Source: Euglena gracilis (taxonomy: Eukaryota). From it: DNA of 64,000 bases. The translations under genes and the position numbers were made by a program. Below the pieces are notes generated by a model, which did no database searches, was not told where the DNA came from, and saw nothing but the letters and a program-made list of their open reading frames with translations. This document shows, piece by piece, positions 62,264-64,000 of this stretch. The stretch covers positions 20,260,642 to 20,324,641 of the forward strand of contig CP154954.1 of assembly GCA_039621445.1 (NCBI GenBank), read 5' to 3'. Each line of letters opens with the position of its first letter. Position 1 is the first letter of the stretch.

Positions 62264-62392
62264 CAGACTTTCATTTAGTGCGCCGCGGCGAAGTTTGCCG
62301 CGGCGCAAAAAAAAATTTGAGCCGCGGTTACAAAATTTCCGGTGCCGCGGCGCAGAAAATTTTCTTTCCGCAGTGCACTAAATGAAAGTCTG
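62264..62392. mobile_element. Small MITE nested in a family-2 element
   Basis: 18-bp perfect TIR cagactttcatttagtgc / gcactaaatgaaagtctg. 8-mers ggtcagac / ggtcggac. Internal gccgcgg repeats. Confidence 0.85.
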
Positions 62393-64000
62393 GGTCGGAC
62401 CCCCTGCAGTCTGCAGGGTTTCTCACAAATTCATGCTAGGGGCCCTCAATTCTGATTTGTGAATATTCGTGGCACGAATTGGTGGGAACCCTGCAGTGTG
62501 CAAGGGGGGGGATATCCCCAACTCCTGCACAGTGGCGCGGTCAGGGTGACTGAAATTCGGCCCGGAGCGAAGCACCGGGCCGAAAAAGTTTGCCCCCAAA
62601 ATCGGCCAAATCTGCCATGGGGCACATTTTGGGGCAAAAGAATCGCCAAAAATACCAAAAAATTTTCTGCGGAAAGTGCCGGCAGAAAAAAAAATGACCT
62701 TTGGGGGGAGGGGTCGGGTATGCCCCCCCCGGGGTCGGCAGGCCTTTTTTAAGGCGTCTAAAAAAATCCTTAACCCGCCTCAAAATGCGCCTTAAATTTT
62801 TTTTGCCAAATTACCTGAAATTGCCTTAAAGTGCCTCGAAAATTGGGGGGTTGGGGAATTTTCTTCAACCAAGCAAAAATGAAATGCGCAGAATCTCAGG
62901 AAAAAATGGTTTCTGGCATCGCTGGATCATTGCCCATCTAACCAAATCTCCAAAAAATGCATTTTTTTGACTTTTTTTTTCCGATTTTGGACCACATGCA
63001 AAATCGAAACCGTTGGTTCGATGCCGGGACAGCCCTTCAACTGCCCTGGGAAATAACGTCTTAAAAAGCCTTAAAATGCCTTAAAAGCCTTTTTTCTATT
63101 AAAAAAAAATGCCTTAATATGCCTCAACATTTGGGGAAAAAATAGCCTGAAAAATAACAATAATGATCCCTGGTGGTTTTTGGACCCCCCTTCTGGTCCA
63201 GGAGGGAGGGGGTGGAGGAACACCCCCCTCTGACCCGTACACCGTCCATGTATCAAACCCTGGGGTGAGGTTTGTTTTGAGATCAATAGAGCAACCCCCC
63301 AGAAAACTTTCAAATAACAACATGTTGTCCACGTTTGAGCCCTTTCTGCCAAAAGAATTTGTTGAGTCGCACCAATGTTTTTTCCAGCTCCCGACTGCAC
63401 TGGGCTGGCCAAAAACTTTATTCCAACGGATCCTGGAGGGGGGGTCGGTAGGTAGCCTGGCTGGGAGCTGCTGACTGGGAAAAAAAAGGTGCTGGGCTGG
63501 ACCCTGTGGTCTCCGAATATAAGAAAACCCCTCGCTGTCGCTCTGAGGTAAAAAAAAAAAGCCCAGGGAAAAAATTGGACGGTTTTTCAAGGACATGAAA
63601 ACTTTGGATGTTCATGGGACAAAAGCAGGAATTATGACTGTCAAATTGAACTGAAAATCAAATCAGGAGGTACCAACACAAACATATGAATTTTCAGGCC
63701 TCGAAATTAGGAATCACCTCCAAATTGGCACCATTTTGTCAAAATGATGGAGAAAATGGGGAAAAATTTTTGGTGAAAATGTGGTGAGTTTTGGAGGCCA
63801 CAACTGAAAATACGGGGGGGGGGGAGGTGGCGGAATTTTCCTTTGCCAATTTGTTCACCCCAATTTTGTGCGCCTCTGATTTCCTCCCTGCAGGGGGGCT
63901 CCGAGGGACTCACGTCAGGGGGGTCAATTTTCGGACCAAACACCGAAAATCGCAAAATCAGAAAGTCGGTGAAACAAAAAGAAAAACCCCTGCGGGGGGG

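Overview
Repeat-rich eukaryotic nuclear DNA, most likely from a euglenid. This is inferred from the many non-GT-AG introns with the N3-CAG...CTG-N5/6|R stem geometry. About 3.5-23.7 kb (+): two tandem, heavily intron-split paralogous genes for circularly permuted GTPases of the RbgA/YlqF/MTG1 family, both with an atypical G4 (THAE/THAD). 24.4-27 kb (+): a small coiled-coil gene. 29.3-53.9 kb: a nest of mobile elements. It holds three DIRS1-like tyrosine-recombinase retrotransposons (gag, RT-RNase H, N6-adenine MTase, YR, with ITR+ICR ends), one inserted into another, plus a ~190-bp DIRS mini-derivative and a pogo-like DNA transposon remnant. Inside the pogo remnant is a truncated gag-protease retroelement with an in-frame UAG followed by a hairpin. 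54-64 kb: dense CAG...CTG MITEs with perfect 8-bp target duplications and a minus-strand coiled-coil+TM gene. Main observation: the same hAT-like MITE families with 8-bp TSDs appear to form the non-canonical introns, and the 3+5 nt splice offsets equal one TSD copy. All exon models were built by hand from motifs and reading frame. They are unverified by cDNA, and homopolymer errors in the assembly are likely.
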